Shown here: positions 17,482 to 26,361 of the stretch, piece after piece
Layout of the letters: every line of letters begins with the position of its first letter
Position numbering within the stretch: the first letter of the stretch is position 1
Source: Candidatus Micrarchaeaceae archaeon
GTDB taxonomy: Archaea; Micrarchaeota; Micrarchaeia; Micrarchaeales; CABMGC01
Length of the DNA: 45,354 nt
Direction of reading: 5' to 3'
Assembly (NCBI GenBank): GCA_038877255.1
Contig: JAVYWZ010000004.1
Location: 1 to 45,354 of the forward strand
Made by a program: the position numbers and the translations under genes
Notes under the pieces: generated by a model
What the model was told of the DNA's origin: nothing
Seen by the model: only the letters and a program-made list of their open reading frames with translations
Database searches by the model: none

Positions 17482-19107
17482 CTACTGCTTTACTACTGCA
17501 AGGCTCTGCTCTCTAAGGAACTGCTGCAGATAGTGTTTGCTGCCTGTGCCTTTGCCTGTTGACCCACTGCCTTTCCAGCCTACGAATGTGTGCGCACCTA
17601 CTATTGCGCCAGTTGTGGCGCCTTCTCTTCTATTGACGTAGACTACGCCTGCCTGTATGTTATTCAAAAATTCTTTTATCTCTGATTTCTTTGTGCTGTA
17701 TAAGCCTGCGGTAAGGCCGTACTCCGTATCATTTGCCTTTTGAATTGCTTCATCAAATTTATTGAACGTATCAATCGCAAGTACAGGTACAAAGAGTTCG
17801 TCATGCATTATCCTGCTATTATGGCTTATCTCAACTATTGCAGGCTCTACATACGCGCCTTTAAGCCCTGTGTCTACAGTGCTGCCGCCGTAGAGCAACC
17901 GACCTTCTGTTTTTGCCTCTTCTACTGCATGCTTGTACTTTTCAAGTGCGCTCTTGCTTATCAACGGACCGAGATAAACCTCTTTCTTTAGCGGATCGCC
18001 GATCTTGAAGGTTCTTGTTTTTTCAATGAGCTTTGAAATAAATTCCTCTTTTATTGATTCGTGAACATATACCCTGGAGCACGCGCTGCACTTCTGTCCG
18101 TCAAAGCCGAAGGCTGCGCTTGCGATGCCAGATACAGCATCGTCTATATTCGCATACTTTGAAACTATTGCGGGATTCTTGCCTCCCATCTCGACTACAA
18201 AGACCTTCTGAAGGCCAATGTCTATGGCCTTTTTCATCATGCTCATGCCCGTTGCTCTAGAGCCTGTAAATACAATGCCGCTTACTTTGTTGCTTATCAC
18301 GAGTTCATCTCCAACTTCAGAGCCTGGGCCTGTTATATAGTTGAATACACCATCTGGCACGCCTGCTTCTTTGAATACTTCGTAAATCTTAAGGCCCGTA
18401 AGCATTGACATGTTGTCAGTGCTAGACGGCTTGAACACAACAGTGTTGCCTGTTATCAAAGCGCCTGTACTCATGCCAACTGAGATTGAAATTGGGAAGT
18501 TGAATGGTGCAAGTACGCCGAAAACTCCATAGGGCTTCATTGCTATCGTTATCTTCTCCATGGGCCCAGGCGCACCCTGAAATCCGGCCGAGATCTTTAC
18601 ACTGCTTGCCTCTAGCGAGGTTTTGCGCAAATAGCCTTTGTTTTTTACATATTCCTTAGAGTAATAGTTCAGAAAGTCTATAGCTTCGTCTACTTCGCCA
18701 ACGGATTCATATCTGCTCTTGCCATTTTCTATGCTCAAAATTGCGGCTATCTCAAACTTTCTCTTCCTAAATATGCTTGCAGCATTTGCAAAGATTTTGG
18801 CGCGCTCTTTATAATTTAGCGCAGACCACTGTCTAAATGCCTCAAGCGCCACATCTATGGCTTGCAGGGCATGCTCTCTTTTGCCTTTTTGGAAAACGCC
18901 TATTAGCGCGCCGTCTATTGGAGAGTTTTCAAGAATGGTTTCGTCTGAAAGCGCTTCTTTTCCTCCTATATACATGGGCCATGTCTTGCCAAGCGAATTC
19001 TTTTCCACGTTGTTTACTGCTTCGTCGAACAACCTGTCAAATTCCGATTCTTTTCCGCTTTCAACAAAATGCCTGTATGTGAACTCGTTCTGAAAGTGCT
19101 CTGCCAT
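17482..19107 (-). CDS. Aldehyde dehydrogenase, 1-pyrroline-5-carboxylate dehydrogenase-like
   Basis: PFNFP, FTGS, EMGGKNP, GQKCSACSR, ELFVP and YGLTAG motifs. Confidence 0.9.
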   Translation of the reverse strand: MAEHFQNEFTYRHFVESGKESEFDRLFDEAVNNVEKNSLGKTWPMYIGGKEALSDETILENSPIDGALIGVFQKGKREHALQAIDVALEAFRQWSALNYKERAKIFANAASIFRKRKFEIAAILSIENGKSRYESVGEVDEAIDFLNYYSKEYVKNKGYLRKTSLEASSVKISAGFQGAPGPMEKITIAMKPYGVFGVLAPFNFPISISVGMSTGALITGNTVVFKPSSTDNMSMLTGLKIYEVFKEAGVPDGVFNYITGPGSEVGDELVISNKVSGIVFTGSRATGMSMMKKAIDIGLQKVFVVEMGGKNPAIVSKYANIDDAVSGIASAAFGFDGQKCSACSRVYVHESIKEEFISKLIEKTRTFKIGDPLKKEVYLGPLISKSALEKYKHAVEEAKTEGRLLYGGSTVDTGLKGAYVEPAIVEISHNSRIMHDELFVPVLAIDTFNKFDEAIQKANDTEYGLTAGLYSTKKSEIKEFLNNIQAGVVYVNRREGATTGAIVGAHTFVGWKGSGSTGKGTGSKHYLQQFLREQSLAVVKQ

Positions 19108-19245
19108 AACATCTCCCTAGTATGCCTTTGCAATAAAAAATATAAGAAATAGGCGCTTGGGTACCTTTGAAAGTGGTATAAAGTGCGCATCTTGCTTAGC
19201 CAACTTATTTATTTCTTTTAGTTGCTAATTATTTACGTGGCGACC

Positions 19246-19977
19246 ATGCAGTTCATCGAGAAAGAGATAGTTTTGCAAGATACCTCGAGTCTCGAGCGGT
19301 TTGTCAAAGAAGTCACTTGGAAAGATGTGCTTTTTGACCTTGTAAGGAAGAATGAGATAGACCCGTGGGACATCGATATAAGCAAGCTTGTAGATAACTA
19401 TTTGGCTGCGATCCGTACAATAAAGCTGCTCGACCTTAAGGTTCCTGCAAATATAATGCTTGCTGCCGCAATTCTCGTCAGGCTTAAAAGTGATATGCTC
19501 AACATGGAAGAGGAGCAGGAGCAGGAAGCTATTGAGCCAGAGCAGTTGCCGCAACTATGTGCAGATGTATTGCTGCCCCGTGCTAGACTGCCGCCAAAGC
19601 GCAGGATAACACTCGCAGAGCTGATCGATGCACTCGATGAAGCCATAAAAATGAAAGATCGCCGTGAGCAGCATTTTGCAGAGTCGATGCATGCTATGCC
19701 CTTCGCACTCTCTTTCTTTGATGTCGAGACCGAGGCCGAGGCCATCTATAAGACGCTAAAGCAGCATGCAGATTCAGAGGGGCTCATGACCTTCCCCCAA
19801 CTTTGTGTCGTTATTCCTGATAAAAATCCTTTGCTTGAAATTTTCATACCCCTGCTATTCCTTGCACAGTCAGGCAGGATAGATGTATTTCAAGAAAGAT
19901 TCTTTGGCGAGCTGTTCATAAAAATACAAAAAGGAAAGATATCATGGCAGAAGCGGGAGAGAAATACGAAAACCTAG
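19246..19977 (+). CDS. scpA: Segregation/condensation protein A (kleisin)
   Basis: IDPWDIDI...AAILVRLKS and C-terminal FIPLLFL...QERFFGEL. Confidence 0.9.
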   Translation: MQFIEKEIVLQDTSSLERFVKEVTWKDVLFDLVRKNEIDPWDIDISKLVDNYLAAIRTIKLLDLKVPANIMLAAAILVRLKSDMLNMEEEQEQEAIEPEQLPQLCADVLLPRARLPPKRRITLAELIDALDEAIKMKDRREQHFAESMHAMPFALSFFDVETEAEAIYKTLKQHADSEGLMTFPQLCVVIPDKNPLLEIFIPLLFLAQSGRIDVFQERFFGELFIKIQKGKISWQKRERNTKT

Positions 19978-20432
19978 TCGAAGCAGCGTTATTCATGTCA
20001 TCTAGAGCATTAAGCATCAATGAGATAGCAAAGATAGCAGGCATAGGGTCGCTTGGCCAAGTAGACAGCTACATAAAGCGGCTTATTGAAGAATACAAGA
20101 ATAGAAATACTGCTTTGGAGATAGAGGAAATAGGCGGCAAATACTTGCTTACTATAAAACAAGAGTATGCAAGCAAGGTCAGCAGCTTGGCAAGCGGCCC
20201 TGAGATAAGCAAAGGTGCTTTGCGTCTGCTCGCATACGTTAGCAAGAACAATGGCATATTGCAAAGCGAGCTTGTCAAGGCATTTGGCGAATCAACATAT
20301 GCACATGTGAAGGAGCTTGTTGAGAAGGAGTTCGTTTCTTCAAAGAAGCAGGGCAGAAGCAAGAAACTGTTTGTTACAGAAAAATTCAATGAATATTTCG
20401 CTTCCGGCGAGCAGCCTGCGACCCAAAGTTAG
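19944..20432 (+). CDS. scpB: Segregation/condensation protein B
   Basis: VEAALF, AYVS...QSEL, HVKEL and TEKFNEYF; overlaps scpA. Confidence 0.92.
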   Translation: MAEAGEKYENLVEAALFMSSRALSINEIAKIAGIGSLGQVDSYIKRLIEEYKNRNTALEIEEIGGKYLLTIKQEYASKVSSLASGPEISKGALRLLAYVSKNNGILQSELVKAFGESTYAHVKELVEKEFVSSKKQGRSKKLFVTEKFNEYFASGEQPATQS

Positions 20433-20971
20433 TAAGTTGGGTGCTCTTCGCTTATGCCTTCGACATAGTTCAAATAAAGCGCAGCAACATACAAGTATGT
20501 AGAAAGCCGGTTAAGGTAGCTTTTTATTCCTGCATCGATTGCCTGGGTTTTTGCAAGCCTGAGTACGCGCCTCTCTGCCTTTCTTGCAATAGTTCTTGCG
20601 ACGTGCATATGCAAGGCTCCTTCGCATCCACCTGGCACTGTGAATTCTTTAGGCTCTGGCAGTGCCTTTGACAATTCTTCTATTTCTTGCTCTAACCATT
20701 TTGTGTGCTCTTTGTCAAATTCTTTCACCGTAGTGTTTTCTCTGCCGTTATAAGCGATCCTGGCGCCTACAGAAAAAATATTGTTCTGTATTTGCCTAAG
20801 CACGCTCCTTATATGCTCATTTTGTGTGTAATAAGAGGCAAGGCCTATGTAACTATTCAGTTCATCAAGTGCCCCTTCTGCCTCAAATATGTCATCGGAT
20901 TTGTCTATGCCTGCCTTGCCCACTACCCCTGATGTGCCATTGTCTCCAAGGCCTGTATAGTAAAAAGACAT
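20429..20971 (-). CDS. PduO-type ATP:cob(I)alamin adenosyltransferase
   Basis: YTGLGDNGTS, GALDELNSYIG, HVARTIARKAERR and YLNRLS motifs. Confidence 0.93.
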   Translation of the reverse strand: MSFYYTGLGDNGTSGVVGKAGIDKSDDIFEAEGALDELNSYIGLASYYTQNEHIRSVLRQIQNNIFSVGARIAYNGRENTTVKEFDKEHTKWLEQEIEELSKALPEPKEFTVPGGCEGALHMHVARTIARKAERRVLRLAKTQAIDAGIKSYLNRLSTYLYVAALYLNYVEGISEEHPTY

Positions 20972-21055
20972 GCTTACATATACATAGCTGCACTTATAAA
21001 TTTAATTTTTTGCAAGATATACTATATTATTATTCTATTATTTTTAGAGTAATAA

Positions 21056-21127
21056 GGGCCTGTGGTCCAGCGGTTAAGACGCCACTTTCACAGAGTGGAG
21101 ATCGGAGTTCAACTCTCCGCAGGCCCA
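21056..21127 (+). tRNA. tRNA-Val(CAC)
   Basis: Acceptor GGGCCTG/CAGGCCC and anticodon arm CCACT-TTCACAG-AGTGG. Confidence 0.93.
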
Positions 21128-21430
21128 TCCTGAACTGCTGTTCCTATTCAGTATAGTTTGATGCTTTCAAAGCCAGCTAAAAAGCCTCAGTACCTGCTAA
21201 TTGCGACAAATACGCGATATGGCTAGCCTGCCTTATACTTATGTCGCTGTGACAGTAAAAGATTATTGCAAAAAATAGGTTTTGAAAGCGGGCTTAGTCT
21301 AAGCGGCAGTAAGTGCAACAAAAACGCGCAATAAGAAGTGGCGTTGCTGTTTTTCCTGTAGTTCTATATTGCATATGCTCAATGCTTATATCACTGAACA
21401 ACGCAAAGCAATGCCTCTTTGTTGATCTTG

Positions 21431-22396
21431 CTAAGGCTTATTAACCATGTTTTTTATTGCCTGTTCCGTATCGCGAATAAGACCTTGCTTGATTTTGAAT
21501 ATTTCTGATACGATATTTAAGTTAATCAAAGGTATTGATCTTTTCGGCCTTAGTAGTTTTTTAATATCATTTTCCCTCCTTCTTGCAGTTACATAGTCTG
21601 CCTTTTCTTTTGTCATGTTAGCCATGTTAACTATGTTTACCACGTTTCCCCTGTTTGCTATGTTTTGGCGTTTCTCTTCTTGCTCTTGAAATTTTAACAG
21701 CATGTTTTGTGCTTCAACTTCTATCGTATCCTTCAAATCTAATTCCGGGTTATGGTAAAAGCTAAAAAACGCGCTCCTGGGTAGCAGCTCAGCAAGTTTG
21801 AAAAGCGCGGTGTTTATGGGAGCGTGGTTGATGCCTGCTGATTTGTTTGACGCTTGATATATAATTTGCAGTTCGCTTTGATCCTGCGGTTCGCTTTGAT
21901 CCAGGCTAAAGCTTTTGCCAAAGAGCAGAATATATGCCTGTACTATCAGCCTATCTGCGTTTTTATAAATAAAAATTTCTTCTTCTACCTTTTCTTCTAC
22001 CTTTACTTGTAGCTCTTCTAAATGCGTTTTTAATTCTTTGAGGTTGTTATTGCTCGATAATCCAAACTTGACCTCCCTTATTCCTTGTATCGTTTCTAGG
22101 TATTCTTTTAGCGTTTTGTCGTATTCTTTTGCAAGTTCGTATTCTGTTTTCAATTCATCTGCAATTTCTAGAAGCTTCTGCCTACACTTCAAGTCAATCT
22201 TACTGATATCAGCAGCGACCTTCGGTTTATTACTGATATCAGTAGCGCCCTTCAGTTTATCCACTAAAAGCGCCAGTATGACATTCTGCATAATTTTTTC
22301 TCCTAATTTGGCGCCTAAGAGCAAATCTTCGAAGTCGTTGCCTGTATTTGGCTTTGTTGCCATTTTAGTTATCGTTTCCTCACCTAATTCCGACAA
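21431..22396 (-). CDS. Orphan coiled-coil-rich protein, possibly 5'-truncated
   Basis: 321-aa ORF with short internal repeats. The frame stays open ~25 codons further upstream with no ATG, to a stop beside an IS right-end scar. Confidence 0.6.
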   Translation of the reverse strand: MSELGEETITKMATKPNTGNDFEDLLLGAKLGEKIMQNVILALLVDKLKGATDISNKPKVAADISKIDLKCRQKLLEIADELKTEYELAKEYDKTLKEYLETIQGIREVKFGLSSNNNLKELKTHLEELQVKVEEKVEEEIFIYKNADRLIVQAYILLFGKSFSLDQSEPQDQSELQIIYQASNKSAGINHAPINTALFKLAELLPRSAFFSFYHNPELDLKDTIEVEAQNMLLKFQEQEEKRQNIANRGNVVNIVNMANMTKEKADYVTARRRENDIKKLLRPKRSIPLINLNIVSEIFKIKQGLIRDTEQAIKNMVNKP

Positions 22397-22482
22397 GAAA
22401 GCCCAGTGGTCTTGTAAAAAGTCATTTGCTTCCAGATGTGGTTGTTGAACCGACTGTTGCTGTGCGGCATTCTACAGTTATG

Positions 22483-22516
22483 GAAAGCCCACGCCTTTTA
22501 TGCGTTGGCAGTTTAC
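22483..22516 (+). mobile_element. Isolated IS200/IS605 right-end hairpin scar
   Basis: GAAAGCCCACGCCTTTTATGCGTTGGCAGTTTAC resembles 8803-8836. Confidence 0.6.
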
Positions 22517-22571
22517 CTGCGCTAACAGCATTATCTCATTGTCAAAGGCCATATTTATATTTTGGCATTTA

Positions 22572-24011
22572 CTAGCCTTTCACTACTAGCACAGGCACAT
22601 TTCTAGCTACGAGCTTTGAAAGGCCTGCCTTTTCAACTACAGCCACTACCTCGTCCACGTCTTTGTATGCCCATTCCGCTTCTTCACTTATCAGGCTTTT
22701 GCTCTTGACCCTGAGCTCTATGCCCTTTTCCCTTAGCGACCTGAGGGTTTTGTTCTCAGGTATTTCTCTTACCGCCTGGTGCCTTGACATAACTCTTCCA
22801 GAGCCATGGCACGTAGTTCCAAAGCTTTCCTTCATCGAGCCTGGCATTCCGCAGAGTATATAGCTTGCAGTTCCCATGCTTCCTGGGATTAGCACCGGCT
22901 GTCCAACGCTCCTATACTCTTTGGGTATTTCCTGCATGCCTTTCGGAAAAGCCCTTGTCGCGCCTTTTCTGTGCACATACACCTTGATCTTTTTGCCTTC
23001 AACCTCATGCTCCTCTAGTTTGGCTATATTGTGCGCAACGTCGTAAAGAACATGCATGCCAAGCGCATCGGCGCTCTTTTCAAATACCTGCTCGAAGCTC
23101 TTTCTTATCGCATGCGTTATTATCTCACGGTTTGCAAAAGCGTAATTTGCTGCTGCTTTCATAGCAGCCAGATAATCTTCGGCCTCTTTGTCTTTTACAT
23201 ATGCATAGCTTAGCTCCCTGTCTGCAAGCATTATGTTGTGCCGTGCCCTGTACTCATTAAGCCTCATCAGATAGTCGCTTGCTATCTGGTGGCCAAAGCC
23301 TCTTGAGCCGCAATGCACCATGATTGTCATCTGGCCTTCTTCCAAGCCGTACGCCCTCGCTGCTTCAATGTCAAAAACCTTTTCAACGCGTTGTATTTCT
23401 AGGAAGTGGTTTCCAGCGCCAAGCGTGCCAAGCTCATGCAGCCCTCTGGACTTAGCTTGACTACTTACCTTGTCAAAATCCGCACCGCGCATTGCCCCGT
23501 TTTCCTCTATAAAGCCTATGTCTTCTTCAATTCCGAAGCCCTTCGAAACAGCGTAGCTTGCGCCTTCTTCTGCTATGCGCTCCAAGTCTTGCATTGAAAA
23601 GCCAAGATTTGACTTGCTGCCTACGCCGCTTGGTATATTCTTGAAAAGTAGGTCTGCGAGCTGCTTTATTTTCGGCCTTATTTCCTGCTCTGTAATATTT
23701 GTCTTTATTGCTTTAATTCCGCAATTTATGTCGAAACCGATGGCTCCAGGCGATATTATGCCCTCATTAGCATCGAATGCGGCTACGCCACCTACTGGGA
23801 AGCCATAGCCTTCGTGGCCGTCTGGCATTACTAGCACGTTGCCGACTAAGCCAGGCAATGTAGCCGCATTTATTGCTTGCTGGAGAGTTCTGTCTTTTTT
23901 AATATAGCCAATGAGCGTGTCATCTGCATAAACAACCACGTTTGTCTTCATTCCTATTTCCTGATTCTTTTTTATGACGAATTTATTGTTTCCTTGCTTC
24001 TCTATTTCCAT
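22572..24011 (-). CDS. rtcB: tRNA-splicing ligase RtcB
   Basis: MPDGHEGYGFPVGG, GFDINCG, GNHFLE, HCGSRG, HRKGAT and HGSGR motifs. Confidence 0.97.
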   Translation of the reverse strand: MEIEKQGNNKFVIKKNQEIGMKTNVVVYADDTLIGYIKKDRTLQQAINAATLPGLVGNVLVMPDGHEGYGFPVGGVAAFDANEGIISPGAIGFDINCGIKAIKTNITEQEIRPKIKQLADLLFKNIPSGVGSKSNLGFSMQDLERIAEEGASYAVSKGFGIEEDIGFIEENGAMRGADFDKVSSQAKSRGLHELGTLGAGNHFLEIQRVEKVFDIEAARAYGLEEGQMTIMVHCGSRGFGHQIASDYLMRLNEYRARHNIMLADRELSYAYVKDKEAEDYLAAMKAAANYAFANREIITHAIRKSFEQVFEKSADALGMHVLYDVAHNIAKLEEHEVEGKKIKVYVHRKGATRAFPKGMQEIPKEYRSVGQPVLIPGSMGTASYILCGMPGSMKESFGTTCHGSGRVMSRHQAVREIPENKTLRSLREKGIELRVKSKSLISEEAEWAYKDVDEVVAVVEKAGLSKLVARNVPVLVVKG

Positions 24012-24142
24012 TTTGTGCGCCCTTTATGAAGAAATACAACTAAAATAAGAGCAAAGAATAAATATAAGCTTGCATTAAGGAATATCGAGAAAAAGTGGTG
24101 GTAAGAAAATAATATAAAGCCGCAAGCGGCAATTTAAAGAGT

Positions 24143-24239
24143 GCAGGGATGGCGGAGCTTGGTCAAACGCGACAGACTCAAGATCTGTTGGCTTAAGGCC
24201 TGCGGGAGTTCAATGCTTGAACAAATCTCCCTCCCTGCA
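24143..24239 (+). tRNA. tRNA-Leu(CAA) with 11-nt non-canonical intron at 58/59 (24214-24224)
   Basis: Acceptor GCAGGGA/TCCCTGC, arm ACAGA-CTCAAGA-TCTGT and long variable arm. Removing TGCTTGAACAA restores T-loop TTCAAAT. Confidence 0.92.
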
Positions 24240-24296
24240 TAACTTAATAGCTTGCGTCGTATATTCTGTGCTTAATTGTTGGGAAAGGTCGATAAA

Positions 24297-25064
24297 ATGG
24301 CTAAAAGAATCATCAAAAAGAAGTCAACTAGCGCAAGACGCACAATTCGTTCAGAAAAAAAGGCTGGCGCAAAGCCATCAGTGGCAAAGCGCAGGTCAAA
24401 GTCAGCCGTAGGAAATTCAATAATAAATAAGATGAAAAGGGCAAAGCTCAAGGACAAAGTGCTCCTTGACATGCCGCACTATCCTCAAACCGAGGATTTC
24501 ACCAGTGCAGCTGCCTGTGCGATGATGGTGTTAAAGTCGCTGAATAAAAACTTCAGGATGAGGCGCGAGAACGAATATAGCATATGGCAAGAAGCAGTCA
24601 GTGGCAGCGTCTGGTACGGTTCAAAGTATGGCCTTGCATACGCGCTTGCAAAGCGAGGCGCAGATGTTGCGATAGTAAGCAATACGCAAGACGAGGGCTA
24701 CGAAAGGCGCATGGCTGTCTATGAGAACGTAAACCTTGATGCACTCGATGCTTCTTTCAACGAAATAAAGCAGAAATCGCAGAACATGGGCATAGAAGAG
24801 GAATACGTGCCAACGGTAAATGTTCTTTCGATAAAGAAGGCGCTCTCTTCTAATCACATTCCCATAGTGCTTATAGATGTAAAAACCATTGACTCTTATT
24901 TAGATTCAATGCCGCACTGGGTAGTTGTGAAAGGCTATGACAAGGACAACTTTTACATAAGCGATCCTTACTCTGATAGCACGATAACGCTTGATTTTCA
25001 ATCATTCAAGAACGCGCTAGGCTTCGAGAATAACTTTCACATGATCCTTGTGAGAAATAAATGA
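24297..25064 (+). CDS. Peptidase C39-like (DUF3335-like) protein with basic N-terminal tail
   Basis: PHYPQTEDFTSAAAC, GLAYALAKRG, PIVLI, PHWVVVKGYD and ISDP motifs. Confidence 0.75.
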   Translation: MAKRIIKKKSTSARRTIRSEKKAGAKPSVAKRRSKSAVGNSIINKMKRAKLKDKVLLDMPHYPQTEDFTSAAACAMMVLKSLNKNFRMRRENEYSIWQEAVSGSVWYGSKYGLAYALAKRGADVAIVSNTQDEGYERRMAVYENVNLDALDASFNEIKQKSQNMGIEEEYVPTVNVLSIKKALSSNHIPIVLIDVKTIDSYLDSMPHWVVVKGYDKDNFYISDPYSDSTITLDFQSFKNALGFENNFHMILVRNK

Positions 25065-25105
25065 TGCTGCTTTTTTTGTAGCGCACTAATTTTCAAGCTT
25101 GCAAG

Positions 25106-25879
25106 CTAACTTCCAGTGTCCCAGACGTCAGCGGAAACGTTCTCCGGTTTTACCCCTAATGAGTAAAGCGCCATCTTTACAGCCTGTACAAAAGCAGGAG
25201 GTCCGCATATATAGCACATTCTTTCAAGCACGTCAGGAACAAGTTTGTTTATCATTATATTGTCAATGTGGCCCGTAAGCCCTGCCCAATTGTCGCCTTG
25301 CTGCGGCCTTGTAACAGTTACAAATGTTTCCAGGTCTATCTGTGTCGAAAGCTCCTGTAGCTCTGCCTTCCTTATTATCTCGCTAGGATATTTTACGCTG
25401 TATATGAGCTTAACATTATTCTTTGTGCCTAGCGCCTTTATGTGCCTTAGCATTGACATGAATGGCGCTATGCCTGTGCCTCCAGCGAGATAAAGCACCT
25501 TATCTTTTTTGTATGGGTCAAACTTGAATTGGCCATATGGCCCTTTTACAATAAACTCATCTCCTATTTTTGCCTCAACAAAGTGTGATGTATGTGCTGC
25601 TGCTGTGCCTTGATGTGGCTGTTTAACTGCATAAAGCTCAAGCCTTGTAGATCCTGGATCTGAAGCCACTGAGAACGCCCTGGCAACATGCGGTTTATTG
25701 TTAGAATCTATTCCAGAAATCATCACGAACATGCCAGGCTCAAAAGGGAGAGGCTTATTATCTTCCGGATCAAACTCGAGCGTCAATACCTCTGGAGTTT
25801 CGTCAATTTTGTAAGCAAGCCTATATTTTTTCTCTATTACTGATTCAGTAGTTGTCATGCGCACACTTTCCTGCTGCAT
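25106..25879 (-). CDS. FAD-binding ferredoxin-NADP reductase-like oxidoreductase
   Basis: RAFSVAS, GPYGQF, AGGTGIAPFMSM and YICGPP motifs. Confidence 0.9.
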   Translation of the reverse strand: MQQESVRMTTTESVIEKKYRLAYKIDETPEVLTLEFDPEDNKPLPFEPGMFVMISGIDSNNKPHVARAFSVASDPGSTRLELYAVKQPHQGTAAAHTSHFVEAKIGDEFIVKGPYGQFKFDPYKKDKVLYLAGGTGIAPFMSMLRHIKALGTKNNVKLIYSVKYPSEIIRKAELQELSTQIDLETFVTVTRPQQGDNWAGLTGHIDNIMINKLVPDVLERMCYICGPPAFVQAVKMALYSLGVKPENVSADVWDTGS

Positions 25880-25910
25880 AATTATTCAAAAACAAGCGGG
25901 TTTAAGTAGG

Positions 25911-26240
25911 TTACTTTTTAAGCAGCGCTGATTCTTCAACAATTCTTTCGAGTCTGTCCACATTTTTAATTACATCCTTGAGTTTTGCGTTTATGCCGTA
26001 TCCTAGATCATAACCCCGGTCTGTTCTTATATGTGTAGGCTGTAAAACATTGTAGTTCAAAGACAGTGTCCTGAGCGTCATTATCAACGTCTTTCTTGTG
26101 AATTTCTTGCCAAGTGAGTAATAAAGTTCACGTGTCGTTCTAGGAGATTTTGACAGTAATAGCTTTAATACAGCATAATTAGGCCTGCTGAGTAGCTTTC
26201 TTAGTAACCAAATTTCATCGTTTTCTCTCTGTTTTGGCAT
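25911..26240 (-). CDS. Winged-helix DNA-binding protein
   Basis: Size and wHTH-like pattern (RELY..LG..FTRKTL..TL). Confidence 0.55.
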   Translation of the reverse strand: MPKQRENDEIWLLRKLLSRPNYAVLKLLLSKSPRTTRELYYSLGKKFTRKTLIMTLRTLSLNYNVLQPTHIRTDRGYDLGYGINAKLKDVIKNVDRLERIVEESALLKK

Positions 26241-26361
26241 GATTACTATATGTTGCTAAAATTTATAAAGGCAACATATGTATCTGCCTGCCGCATTTTG
26301 CCCCTTTGGAAGCATGCCATAGCGAAAACAATAAAAACTTTTCATTGTAATAATATACACT

